Shown here: piece after piece, positions 1 to 18,299 of the stretch
Position numbering within the stretch: position 1 is the first letter of the stretch
Layout of the letters: the number at the start of each line of letters is the position of its first letter
Origin: Dictyostelium discoideum
Taxonomy: Eukaryota
Assembly: GCA_000004695.1 (NCBI GenBank)
Contig: CM000152.2
Span: forward strand, 4,032,001-4,096,000
DNA: 64,000 nucleotides
Direction of reading: 5' to 3'
The notes under the pieces: model-generated
What the model saw: the letters and a program-made list of their open reading frames with translations, nothing else
Told to the model about the DNA's origin: nothing
Database searches by the model: none
Made by a program: the position numbers and the translations under genes

Positions 1-256
1 TTTTCAAAAAAAAAAATACCAAAAACAAATCCAAATACATATTATCATTGCGCCATATAATTGGATTATTATTTTTTTTATTAAAACAAATAAAAAATTA
101 TTTTTGGTACCAAACACTCTATAGAGTGGTTTTTATTGTTTATTAAAAAAACAATTAAAATTAATATTTATTATTTTTTTTTTTATTTCTATTATTGTTT
201 TTTCTTTTTCTTCTTATTTACACTAGTTTACAAATTTATTTTTAATTTAATTTATA

Positions 257-615
257 TTAATCAAATATTGAATCATCAGGTCTAAAAGATTGTTTTTTAC
301 CAAGTAAATTTTTAAGATTTTGTTTTTCTCTATTATTTTTCAATTTCTCTTCGTTTGCAATGGTTCTTGTTGCTTTTGATGGTAAAACTTTTGTATTATT
401 ATTTTTTTTATGAACCAATTCAATATGTCTGAATAAACTCTTTTTGGTTGTAAACGTTTGACCACAAATTTCATGATCATTTTCTTTATTATTTTCATTT
501 GCTTGATTTTCTTGGTTTTGTTTATTTTCTTTATTTTCATCTTTTTCATTTAATTCAACACTATCATTTTTAGGTGATGAAGAACTTGATTCCATATTTA
601 ATGGTTCTATATTAT

Positions 616-685
<70 letters not shown>

Positions 686-1987
686 GGTTGTTATTGTGGC
701 CATACCCGAGGTAGTATCAGAAATATCTGCAGTTGTTGCAGTTGTATTATTTTTATTATCAATTTCTTGTTGTTGATTTGTATTATCTTTATTTGCTGTT
801 GTTGATGATTTCGATTTTTTAATCTTTTTTCTAGTTCCAATTTTAATTTTAGATGGTTCAGGTTCAATAATAATATTTAATTTTGGTAATTCACAAGTGA
901 ATGATTGTTTAAGATGAATTGATTTTATATGAGAATCTAAACCAGATTTTGTAAGATAAACTTTATCACAACCTTCGTGTGTACAATGAAAAGCTTTACG
1001 TTTTTCAATATCGATATGGACTTTTTTATGTTCAGATAATTTTGAAGAGGATTTAAAAACTGATGAACATTGATCACAATTGTATGTTATTGTATGACTT
1101 GTTTTACGATGTTTTTGTAATTCCAATAATGTGACAAACTTTTCTTTACAACCTGGAAACATACAAATATTGGTTGCGACACCATCATGTTTACGGGCAG
1201 CATGTTTTTTCAAATAGCTTGGATATTCGAATCTCATACCACAATCTTTACATTCATAAGGTAATTGATTTAAATGAGCGGTTGCTAAATGACGTTTTAA
1301 TTGGTTATGTTTACTGAATGATAATTGACAATTGGTTGGATCGTGGTTACATTTATATGGTTTTTCAGTATCATGTTTTGATTTTATATGAGTTTGAAGA
1401 TGATGTTTAAAAACGAATGTATTTGTACATCCTACTATTGGACATGGTATCTTTTCTTGTGGTGGAGAATGTGTCTTTTCATGGTATGACAAATGATGAG
1501 ATCTTGAGAATGATTTACCACATCCTTCAAATTTACAATGATATGGTTTTTCACCTGTATGTGTCCTTATATGATATTCCAATTTTGATGCTCTTGGAAA
1601 TACTTTACCACAATATGAACATGTTAAATCAAATACTGATATTGGTTTTCTTGGTTCTCCCTTTAATTTTCTTTTCTTTAAAATTTCTTTTAAATTTTTA
1701 GTTTCCAAATCATCACCTGAATATTCATCTAATTCTTTATTTATTTCTTCATCATCATCATTATTTCCTTGTTCTTCATCTTCATCTTCATCATCTTCTT
1801 CTTCTTCTTCGTCATTTGTTAAATTATCCTCTTCATCACTATAATCTTCATCCTCTTCTCCAATTTCAGAGTCTCCATTTTCAGATTCAATTAAATCCTC
1901 TTTTTTTTTTTTATTAAAATTATCACTATCTTTAGTTATTTGTAAATTTTCTTCGTCTCTTGTTCTTTTCCTAAGGGCTATTACCAT
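257..1987 (-). CDS. C2H2 zinc-finger protein with acidic N-terminal region, 8 tandem C2H2 fingers, a poly-Thr/Asn linker and a ninth C-terminal finger
   Basis: A single 576-aa ORF with ATG at 1985-1987 (minus strand). The C-x2-4-C-x12-H-x3-5-H pattern repeats (CSYCGKVF..HIRTH; YHCKFEGCGKSF..HEKTH; YECKDCGMRF..HAARKH; and others). The Thr run is encoded by (GTT)n at about 600-690 on the plus strand. No intron is evident. Confidence 0.7.
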
Positions 1988-2042
1988 TTTTTTTTTTTTG
2001 GTTTTTTTTTTTTTTTTTTTTTGAAAAAACGAAATTGATTAT

Positions 2043-2076
<34 letters not shown>

Positions 2077-2090
2077 GTGCTTAAAGTAAG

Positions 2091-2128
<38 letters not shown>

Positions 2129-2275
2129 ATTTTATCGTTTTTTTTGAAATTAGATTTTTTAATCCGTTGGATAATTATTTTAAAACAATAAAAATACGTG
2201 TTTATTTTAACTTTTTTTTATTTTTTATATTTTATTTTTTCAATACGAAAAATAGAAATAAACAATAATTAATTA

Positions 2276-2309
<34 letters not shown>

Positions 2310-2403
2310 TTTTTTTTTTATTAAAAAAAAATAATAAAAATAAATAATTATAATTAATTTTTAAAAAAATAAAAAAATAAATAAAAATAACAATTTAAAT
2401 ATA

Positions 2404-2766
2404 TTATTTTTCAATTGGTTTTTCATCATCTATTTTGTTTAAAAGATTAATAATTTCAATTCTAAACAATAATTGTTCATTGATTGATTTTTCCAATTTG
2501 AAAATTTTTTGTCCACAACGATTGCAAACTCTAATTTTATTATTTTCAATTACACTCCATCTCCAATATGGAGTATTATTAGTTAAACAAATTTGACAAC
2601 ATAATGGCTTTGGTTTTGGTGGTCTTCCTCTTTTTGGTTTTTCATCAATACTAAACATATGATTATGTGATAAATTTGTCATTGGTTGTGGTAATGGTGA
2701 TGTTTTTAATTTTTTAGCTCCACAATTTTTTCTTGGATTTGAACATTTTGTTTTTTGTTCAATCAT
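2404..2766 (-). CDS. Small GATA-type zinc-finger protein (120 aa) with a basic AT-hook-like KRGRPPKPKP segment
   Basis: The ORF has a true ATG at 2764-2766 (minus strand). The motif CQICLTNNTPYWRWSVIENNKIRVCNRCG resembles the GATA finger (C-x2-C...TP.WR...C-x2-C). The inter-cysteine spacing of 20 residues is longer than the canonical 17-18. Confidence 0.55.
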   Translation of the reverse strand: MIEQKTKCSNPRKNCGAKKLKTSPLPQPMTNLSHNHMFSIDEKPKRGRPPKPKPLCCQICLTNNTPYWRWSVIENNKIRVCNRCGQKIFKLEKSINEQLLFRIEIINLLNKIDDEKPIEK

Positions 2767-2857
2767 TTTCCTTTTTTTACTTGAATCCTATTTATTATTA
2801 ATTATTGATAAAAAAAAAAAAAAAAATTAATTTCAATTTTATTACTTTAAAAAAAAA

Positions 2858-2889
<32 letters not shown>

Positions 2890-3803
2890 TAAATAATTAC
2901 ACATGAATTTGAATTTGATAAAAATTTTAAATTGGTAATCATTTTATCTATAAAAATTTCAGCATTTTTAGCAACTCTATGATCCTCCTCTGACAATAAA
3001 AGGATATTTGGAGGTTCATTTAAATTTGAAACTTGATCAAAAACAAGGATATTATTATTCTTTTTTTTAAAAAAAATAAATATTAAATTAATATTCAAAA
3101 ATTTAGTTAAAAATAAAAATAAAAATAAAAATAAAGATTTATTTTTTAAAATTGTAAATATTAAAATAAAAAAATAAAAAAAAATAAAAAAAATTAAAAA
3201 TAAAATATAAAAATAGAAAAAAAAAAAAAAATTAAAATAATTAATATTTTGTAATTAAATAAATTAATTTTTAGATTAAATTAAAAGTAAAAAAAAAAAA
3301 TCTAGCCAAATTATTACCATTTGATTATAAATGTAAATTTGATTTATTTTTTATTTTTTTAAAAAAAAAATATATATATATATATATAATTGTAAATGTA
3401 ATTTTTATTTTCAATTTTTTGAATTGGTAATTTTTTAAGAATATTTTTCAATTGTTTGATGTTGAATTTATAAACACAAAAAAAAAAAAAAAAAATAATA
3501 AAAAGAAAAAATTAAATTAAAAAAAAATAAAAAATAAAAAAAAATTAAATTTTTTCCATTTGTTGATATGATTTAAAAAATTAATATAAAAAAAAAAAAA
3601 CTTACAACCAATAATTATTCCTTTTTTTTTCAAAAAAAAAATTAAATTTAATTTTTTTTTTTTTTTTTTTTTTATTGTTTGTGTTTTTTTAAGAAATGAA
3701 TTCATTTCTATCTAGATTGACCAAAAATAAACTTAATTTTATAAATTTTGCGGTTAAATCAATGGAAAATTGAATAAATGTAGGGGTATAATTGATTATA
3801 TTA

Positions 3804-3836
<33 letters not shown>

Positions 3837-4568
3837 CAATTTTTTGAAAGGCTTGTTTGTGGGCCTTTAAAATTTTTTAAAGGCCCACAACCACTGTACA
3901 GTCAGCAAATTGTGTGTGGGGATTTTTTAATTTCTTTGTCCCATTTGTACTTATAATTCCATATTTTATTGGAAATTTTTTAAAGTATTTTTATTTTTTT
4001 GTTTTTTTTATATCCATAATAAAAAAACACCAAATCTAACTTTTTTTATATAAATTTAGAATAATTAAATTAAAAAAATTATTTTTTTGCTTGATTAAAT
4101 CTAACAAAATGTTCCATATTTACTCTCTATCATACACAAAGCAAATAAACAAAAACACACACACACACAATTTTTTTTTAAGGTTGGCTATAAAAAATAT
4201 AAATAGATAAACCTATTCTTTGAATGTTTTTTAAATATTTAAAAAATTAAAATAAATATAAATTAATACATTAAAAAAAAAAAAGAATAAAATAAAAAAG
4301 CTAATAATAATATTTTTTTATTAACTCCTTTTTTCATTTTCATAAATATTTTTTTTTTTTTTTTTTTAAAGATCTGTTTCTTAAAATATTAAGACATGTG
4401 TTTAAAATTGTATATTTTTTTTTTTTTTTATTAAAAAAAAAAAGTTTTTTTTTCTGTGAAATAATTATTTATAAACCATTGTGGAAGTGATGGGTTTATT
4501 ATATTTTATTTTTTTTTTTATATTTTTTTTTTTTTTTTTTTTTTAATAAAGTTAAATTGATATTGTGT

Positions 4569-4599
<31 letters not shown>

Positions 4600-4962
4600 T
4601 TTATTTATTATAATATAATTTTAACAAACACTCTTGTTCTTATAATAACCTTTTATTTCCACAAGTGGAATCTACTCTGTGTATAATTTTAACTTATACT
4701 CTTGTTCTTATAATAACCCTTTATTTCCATATGTAGAATCTACTTTGTGTAGCCTTCCATTCTTAGGTAATCCGATCGAAACAAAAATCGATAAACTGAC
4801 AAACCATCCCTTAATTTTCTTTCCAATTTTTTTTTATAATATTTAAAAAATAAAAAAAAAATAAAAAAAAAAAAATAAAAAAAAAAAAAAAAAAGGAAAT
4901 ATATAATAAAGTATGGGATTTAGATCTAATTTTTTTAAAGTAAAATTAATAAAAAAATTATT

Positions 4963-5011
<49 letters not shown>

Positions 5012-5371
5012 TTACATAAACCATACCATTATCACATCTAAAAATAAAAAAAATAAAAAAACTATTGTAACAAATATTATTTACTGTGGGTGGTAATAAA
5101 AATAAAATAAAAATAAAATAAAAATAAAAATAAAAATAAATTCCAACTACTTTTTATTATATATATACAATTAATTTTTATTTTTTATTATTTTTTTTTT
5201 TAGGTCTTTTTCTTAATATTATTTTTAAAATTATTTAAATTAAATTATTATTACTACTATTAACAGATGGAGGGTATGATTGCCAATTATATAATATTGT
5301 TATTATTATTATTATTATTATCATATTATTATTATTATTATTTCATTATTTCTTTTTTTTTTTTTTTTTTT

Positions 5372-6716
<1,345 letters not shown>

Positions 6717-6881
6717 TTTGTTTTACTTTATTTTTTTTAAAAAAAAAAAAAAAAAAAATAAGAATTGTGTATATATATATATGTGTGTGAATGTATGTAT
6801 GTATGAGTGAGTGGTGAAAATTATCTATTTATTTATTTTTTTTTTAAAAAAAATTTGTTTTATTTTATTTTGTTTTATTAT

Positions 6882-6914
<33 letters not shown>

Positions 6915-7276
6915 CTCTATTTGTATGAATTTATTGTGGATGTGTGTGGTTATTTAAATAAGTGTGTTGATTGTTTTGTGGAGAAGTGAGTATGATTTTT
7001 TTTTTTTGTTTTTTTTTTTTTATAGTTGATTTGAAAGATAAAATAAATAAATAAAAAAAAATAAAAAAAAAATAAAAAAAAAACAATGGAAATATTGGTT
7101 AATGTGATGGTTAGTGAGGAATTAAACAAATTGAGCAAAAAGTGTCAACAAGAAACCTTCTTCGCTTTGCAAAAATTGAAAATTAAAAAATTAAAAAATA
7201 AAAAAAAAAAAATAAAAAAAATTCAATTTAAAAAAATCTTTTTTTTTTTTTGTCTCATAAAAATCAAAATAAAAAC

Positions 7277-7325
<49 letters not shown>

Positions 7326-7804
7326 ATTTTATGGAAATAAAATAAAATAAATAAAATAATAATAATAAAGATTAATAATTAAAAGAAATTTAATTAAACT
7401 CAAAACATATTAAAAAGGTATAATTTGAAAAAAAAAATAAAAAAAAAAAATAAAAAAAAATAAAAAAAAAATTCCCTTTTTTTTCATTTTTTTCATTTTT
7501 TTTTTTTTTTTTTTTTTTACCTCACCACCAATCAATATTTAAATATTTATTTAAATATTAATTAAATAAAAAAAAAAACAATAGCAACAACAATATTAAA
7601 ATATTAAATAAGTTTAATATTATTTTAAAACCATTAATAAACATTTAATTGTAATTAAATATATATTAAATTAAATAATAATAATACTTTTTTTTCCTTT
7701 TTTAATATTAATTACTAACATTAAAAAATATTTTATAATAACAAATAAAAAAATATATATAAAAACAAAAAACCAAACCAAATTTAATTAATCATTTCAT
7801 TGTA

Positions 7805-7852
<48 letters not shown>

Positions 7853-7946
7853 TTTCAAAATTTTTCATTGACAAAAAAAAATAAAAATAATATAAAAACA
7901 TTAATAGGGATAGGGAAGTGAATTCAAACTAAAAAAAAAAAAAAAC

Positions 7947-7987
<41 letters not shown>

Positions 7988-7993
7988 TACTCC

Positions 7994-10224
<2,231 letters not shown>

Positions 10225-10322
10225 AAAAAAAAAAAAAAAATTAAATAAAGAAAAAAAAAACAATAATAATAATTAACAATTAAAAAAAAAAAAAAACTAG
10301 AAAACTTGTAAAGAACAATAAA

Positions 10323-10407
<85 letters not shown>

Positions 10408-10691
10408 TAAATTTAAACTAAATATATTTTTAAACATTTATTTAATGATTGCATACAATTACAATTTGGTTTGATTTTTTTATTTTTCTTTTTTTTTTTT
10501 TTTTTAAATTCTTTTTTTTTTTTCTTTTTTTTTTGTTTTTTATTTCTTTTTCTTCTTTTTTTTTTTTTATTTTCTTTATTTTATTTTTCTATTTTTATTT
10601 TCTATTTTTATTTTTTTTTTTTTTTTTTATTTTCTTTATTTTATTTTTCTATTTTTATTTTTATTTTTATTTTTTTCTATTTTTATTTGTT

Positions 10692-12602
10692 TTAAATTAA
10701 AATATCAATTGATTCTTGAGCAACAATAGCGAAAATAGTAGCAGAGATAACTTTAAGATCTTCAACAGCATTCAAAGTACTAGTATGAACAGTTGTATGA
10801 GTATTGATACCATTTAATGGTACAAATAATTGTTTAATGTATTCAAAGATTGCAATGACATCTCTTTGACCACCTTTGTATTCTGGAAAGTATTGTTTGA
10901 AATCTGCACCTTTTTTAATCTTTTCAACGAATAAATCTCTATCTGTAAAGAAAAGAATAGCAGGTCTCTTTATAAAACGAGTAAAATATCTAAACAATTC
11001 TACTGATCTAACTAAATTATTATTTGATAAGGTTTCTGTGAAAACATCTACAGAAACATTTGAATCATCATTGTATGATGATAATGATGTATTACTATTA
11101 CTATTAATTAATTGATTACTATTATTTAAAAAACCACCACCTCCACTTCCACCTAATGATACATTGTTGTTGTTGTTGTTGTTAAAATTATTACTATTAC
11201 TATTATTACTATTTAAATTATTACTACTTCCATTCCCATTTAAACCAGGGGATGAAATTGATCCATTACTATTACTACTTGTTAAATTTACATTACTACC
11301 ACCTTTACTCTTTATGGTGGATAATGATTTAGTTCTTGGTAAAATACGTGTTGATTTAATATTATGTGTTTGTTTCTTTATAATCTCTTCAATTGAATCA
11401 AATGATGCTAATGAACAAACCCATACAAATGATTTTGTATCTGTAAAATCATGAATCCAATTTTCAATATTTTCAACTTTTAATGGTGATATATTTAAAA
11501 TTCTATAAATATATATGTATGAAAATTATTAATAATTTACTTTTTTTTTTTTAATAAAAATTTAATAAATTATGTAATTAAAATTTTACCTTAAATCTGA
11601 TAATGCATATTCTGGTAAAGAATTTTCTAAAGGTTGATGAATTAATTGTAAAATTTCATTTTCATCTAAACGTTTTGGACGTTCACCAAAAACACGATTA
11701 CAAACATTGAATTGATTAATTGATTGAATTAAATAGAGTGGTAATAATTGTTCACGATGATGACAATAGGTTGAAACGATTGAAGGATCATTCCAAAATG
11801 ATTTCAACTCATTGAATGCTGCAGCAGCTAAAGGACGTTTATTGAATGTGTCATCTTTTACCTTTAGAATTCTATGTGCATTTTCAATAGAATTGGATTT
11901 ATTTTGAAATGGTATAGCATTGATAATATTATATTTTATGATGATTCTTAATGTTGATATTGCTAAATCTATGAAATAGTTTTGGTAGTATACTCTCTCA
12001 ACATCTGTAATCTTTTCACTCTGTTTCAAATTCTTTAATAGTTCGTCACATTTCGATCCTGGTAATCCAAATGCTATAACACTACTAAGCTCCGTCTTAT
12101 ATTCACTATATGTTTTACTATTATTGGTTCTTTGTGTACTTTGTTGTAATAAACTAGTTGGTGCTGATTTCTTCCATGGATTAGTTTGTTCTGATCCAAA
12201 TGGTTCATCTACACTATAACAATATTCATATAAACTTTAAAAAAAAATTTTAAAAATTAAATTAATAAATATTATAAATTATGTATGAATTAATTTAATA
12301 ATATATACATACTCTTTACAAATACGTGATATTGGTGATCTTGATAATTTTATTTGTGTTAATTCAATTGAAGTTCTTGTTCTTTGCATTAATGCTTGTT
12401 TTAACTCTAATAATTGACTATCTGATGCATTACCTCCATGAGTTGCTGTGGTAGTTGCCACTTTAGTTGTTTCATTATTATTATTATTACTACTACTACT
12501 ATTATTATTATTATTATTATTACTACTACTACTATTATTATTATTGTTATTATTACTTGTGTTGGTCGGTGTTGATGTATCACTCTTATCACCAACAATC
12601 AT
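10692..12602 (-). CDS. G-protein alpha-subunit-like protein with degenerate nucleotide-binding motifs (candidate pseudo-GTPase), 3 exons, about 581 aa
   Basis: Exons on the minus strand are 12313-12602, 11590-12234 and 10692-11502. Donors are GTATGT and GTAAAA; acceptors are aaag and tatag. Clear G-alpha landmarks are ENWIHDF...FVWVCSLASFDSIEE (compare [23 protein letters not shown]), ILFFTDRDLFVEKIKK (compare ILFLNKKDLFEEKIKK), YFPEY (compare CYPEY) and HTTVHTSTLNAVEDL (compare THFTCATDTKNVQFVFDAV). Every GTP-contact motif is altered: the P-loop GAGESGKST reads GLPGSKCDE, DVGGQ reads SPLKV, NKKD reads TDRD, and TCAT reads VHTS. There is no N-terminal MGC lipidation site. A long Asn/Ser-rich insert follows the switch II region. 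Confidence 0.7.
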
Positions 12603-12736
12603 TTCTTTTGTGTTTTATCTTTATGACTTTTATTGTTGTTATTTTAAACTATATCTGCTGTTTTATTGTCAAGGCGGATCCTTACGGTTATTTTTTTTTA
12701 TGATTTTTTTTTTTTTTTTTATTATTTTTTTTTAAT

Positions 12737-12781
<45 letters not shown>

Positions 12782-13952
12782 TAAAATATTTGTAGTAAGA
12801 CACAACTGTAATTACAATTGATATAAAAAATTAATTAAAAAAAAAAAATTAAAATTTTTTTTTTTTTTTTTAATTTTTAAATTTTTTTTTTAAAAAAAAA
12901 AAAGAAAAAAAAAAAAAAAAATTAAAAAAAGAATCAAATTTGGTGCACAATAGCAAAATGAAATTTTTATTTTTTAAAAAATTCCCTTGATAAATAAAAA
13001 AACCTAATTTTAGAATATTACTCATTTTTTTTTTATTTTTTTTATTTTTTTTATTTTTTTTTTATCGTGTTTGGAAAAACGACAATGAGGATGGTTTGTA
13101 ATCATACAAAATTCATTTTGGAGTTTCTTTGATTTCCCAATATATTGCCATAACCAACAGGAGTTTTCAAACATATAATATATTTTTTTTTTTTTTTTCC
13201 TAATCATTGTCTAATTAAAAAAAATAAAAATTCAATATTTATTTTTTTAATTTTTTTTTTTTTTGTTTGTTTTAAAATATAAATAAAAAAAAAAAAAACA
13301 AAAAAATTAAAAATTAAAAATTAAAAAATAAAAAAAAATAAATAAAATACCCAACAATTACCAAATAAAATTGGGTTTATTGTTGTTTATGCCAAAATTT
13401 TCTTTGTTGGGTATTTTATTTATTTTTTTTTATTTTTTTTTATTTTTTAATTTTTAATTTTTAATTTTTTTTTTTTATTTTTTTTTATTTATATTTTAAA
13501 ACAATTTGAAATCAAAATTTCTTGGTTATGTTTACCTTTGTGACAACAAAGTAAATTTCCCAATTATTTTTTATTTTTTATTTTTATATATTAAAACTAA
13601 CCTATAAAATAATTATTATTACAAATTTAGAGTTTTATTTTATAATTTAATAAAAAAATAATAATAATATAATAAAACAAAATAAAATTTTTAATATTTT
13701 TAGAATGTTTAAGTACTAATACGATCAATAAATTAAAGCCGTCATTTGTCTTTAAGAAAAAAAAAATTGAAAAAAAAAAAAAAATTGAAAAAAAATTTTT
13801 TTTGAGCCAATATAACGTTGAAAAAATATGCCAAAAAAAAAGTAGCTCACAAGAAAATTAAAAAAAAAAAAAAAAAAAAAAATTGGGAGCGGCCAAGTGA
13901 AAATTTTTGAAAATTTTTTTGTGTTCGTTTATTTCTCACAGTTTCATACACA

Positions 13953-14558
13953 ATGGTACGTTCTATCTAATTTTATATTATATTACAGTCTCTCTGTCTC
14001 TCTCTCTCTATCTATATTGTGTGTTATTAATTAGCAATCAATAGCAAGAATATAAATGGATATAAAAGATTGATATAACAGAGAGAAAGCTATGATTGAT
14101 GATTAAAGGATTAGTTATCAGTGATAGAGGATTGAAGATTGAAAATATAATATAGTAAATATAATATAAAAGAAAGAAAGAAGAGATTATTAATTCAACA
14201 TTTTATATAGGCCAAAAGAACAAAGAAAGTCGGAGTTGTCGGTAAATACGGTACCAGATATGGTGCTTCTTTAAGAAAGCAAGTTAAAAAGATGGAAATC
14301 ACCCAACACGGTACCTACACCTGTTCATTCTGTGGTAAAGTAAGTATCAACTAACGGTTTTTTGGGTCTATGAATCATAAAACTAATATAATATAATTTT
14401 TTTTTAAAAAATAGGATGCCGTCAGACGTTCATCCGTTGGTATCTGGAAATGTAACGGTTGCCGTAAAGTTTTAGCTGGTGGTGCTTGGACTATGTCAAC
14501 TGCCGCTGGTGCCACTGTTAGATCAACTATCAGACGTCTCAGAGAGTTAAATAACTAA
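13953..14558 (+). CDS. rpl37A: 60S ribosomal protein L37a (eL43), 3 exons with an ATG-only first exon
   Basis: Exon 1 is ATG alone (13953-13955) followed by GTACGT. Exon 2 (14211-14339) encodes [43 protein letters not shown]. Exon 3 (14415-14558) encodes [47 protein letters not shown], ending in a TAA stop. The zinc-ribbon CxxC...CxxC and near-identity to eukaryotic eL43 are clear. The coding exons are GC-richer than their surroundings. Confidence 0.9.
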
Positions 14559-14833
14559 ACCATTTATATATGAAATAAAATAAATCAGGACCAATATACA
14601 CTGGTTTTAAAAAATAAATATATTTAAAATACTTGTATTACAGTTTATTATTTTTTAATTTTCATTTGTTGTCATGAAGCAATGTTAAAAAATAAGATAT
14701 TAAAATATATATAATGTTAAATTATCCCCATTATTATATTTATTTTTTAATTATTTTTATGGGTTATATAAAACAATTCCCAAAATATTCAAAAACCTGA
14801 TGTTTTTGTTTATTTATTTTTATTATTTTATTT

Positions 14834-18127
<3,294 letters not shown>

Positions 18128-18299
18128 CTTTTTTTTTTTTTTAAAATAAATAAATAAATAAAATAAAAAATTATAAAAAATAAACTATTAAAAAGAGTTT
18201 GGGTAAATAAAAAAAACAAAAAAAAAAAAATTGTGAATTATTATAATGCAAAAACAAAATTTGCAAAAAAAAAAAAAAAATTGTTTTTTTTGTTGGAAA

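Noticed and set aside
340-549. Several short ORFs rich in K/N/F/I/Y (for example 340-549, 2035-2268, 3517-3705, 6807-7340, 10449-10700, 12407-12735, 27424-27621, 35133-35405, 48254-48466, 54585-54773, 55326-55517, 60805-61076)
   Set aside because: These are translations of poly(A)/poly(T) and (ATT/AAT)n low-complexity DNA, or alternative frames of real genes. They have no codon-usage signal and no conserved motifs.
2847-3098. 83-aa minus-strand ORF with a plausible-looking core (ILVFDQVSNLNEPPNILLLSEEDHRVAKNAEIFIDKMITNLKF)
   Set aside because: Both ends of the ORF are translations of A/T homopolymers (poly-F/K/Y). The central approximately 45 residues might be an exon of a small gene, but I could not place convincing splice sites or recognise a family, so it is not called.
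12651-12690. GC-rich island CTGCTGTTTTATTGTCAAGGCGGATCCTTACGGTTA just 5' of the G-alpha-like gene; CCTTAC resembles part of the class I ncRNA 11-mer
   Set aside because: Only a partial motif match. There is no 5' GTTG…/3' …CAAC stem partner and no upstream DUSE at the right distance. It is more likely a promoter element. The embedded GGATCC is probably coincidental.
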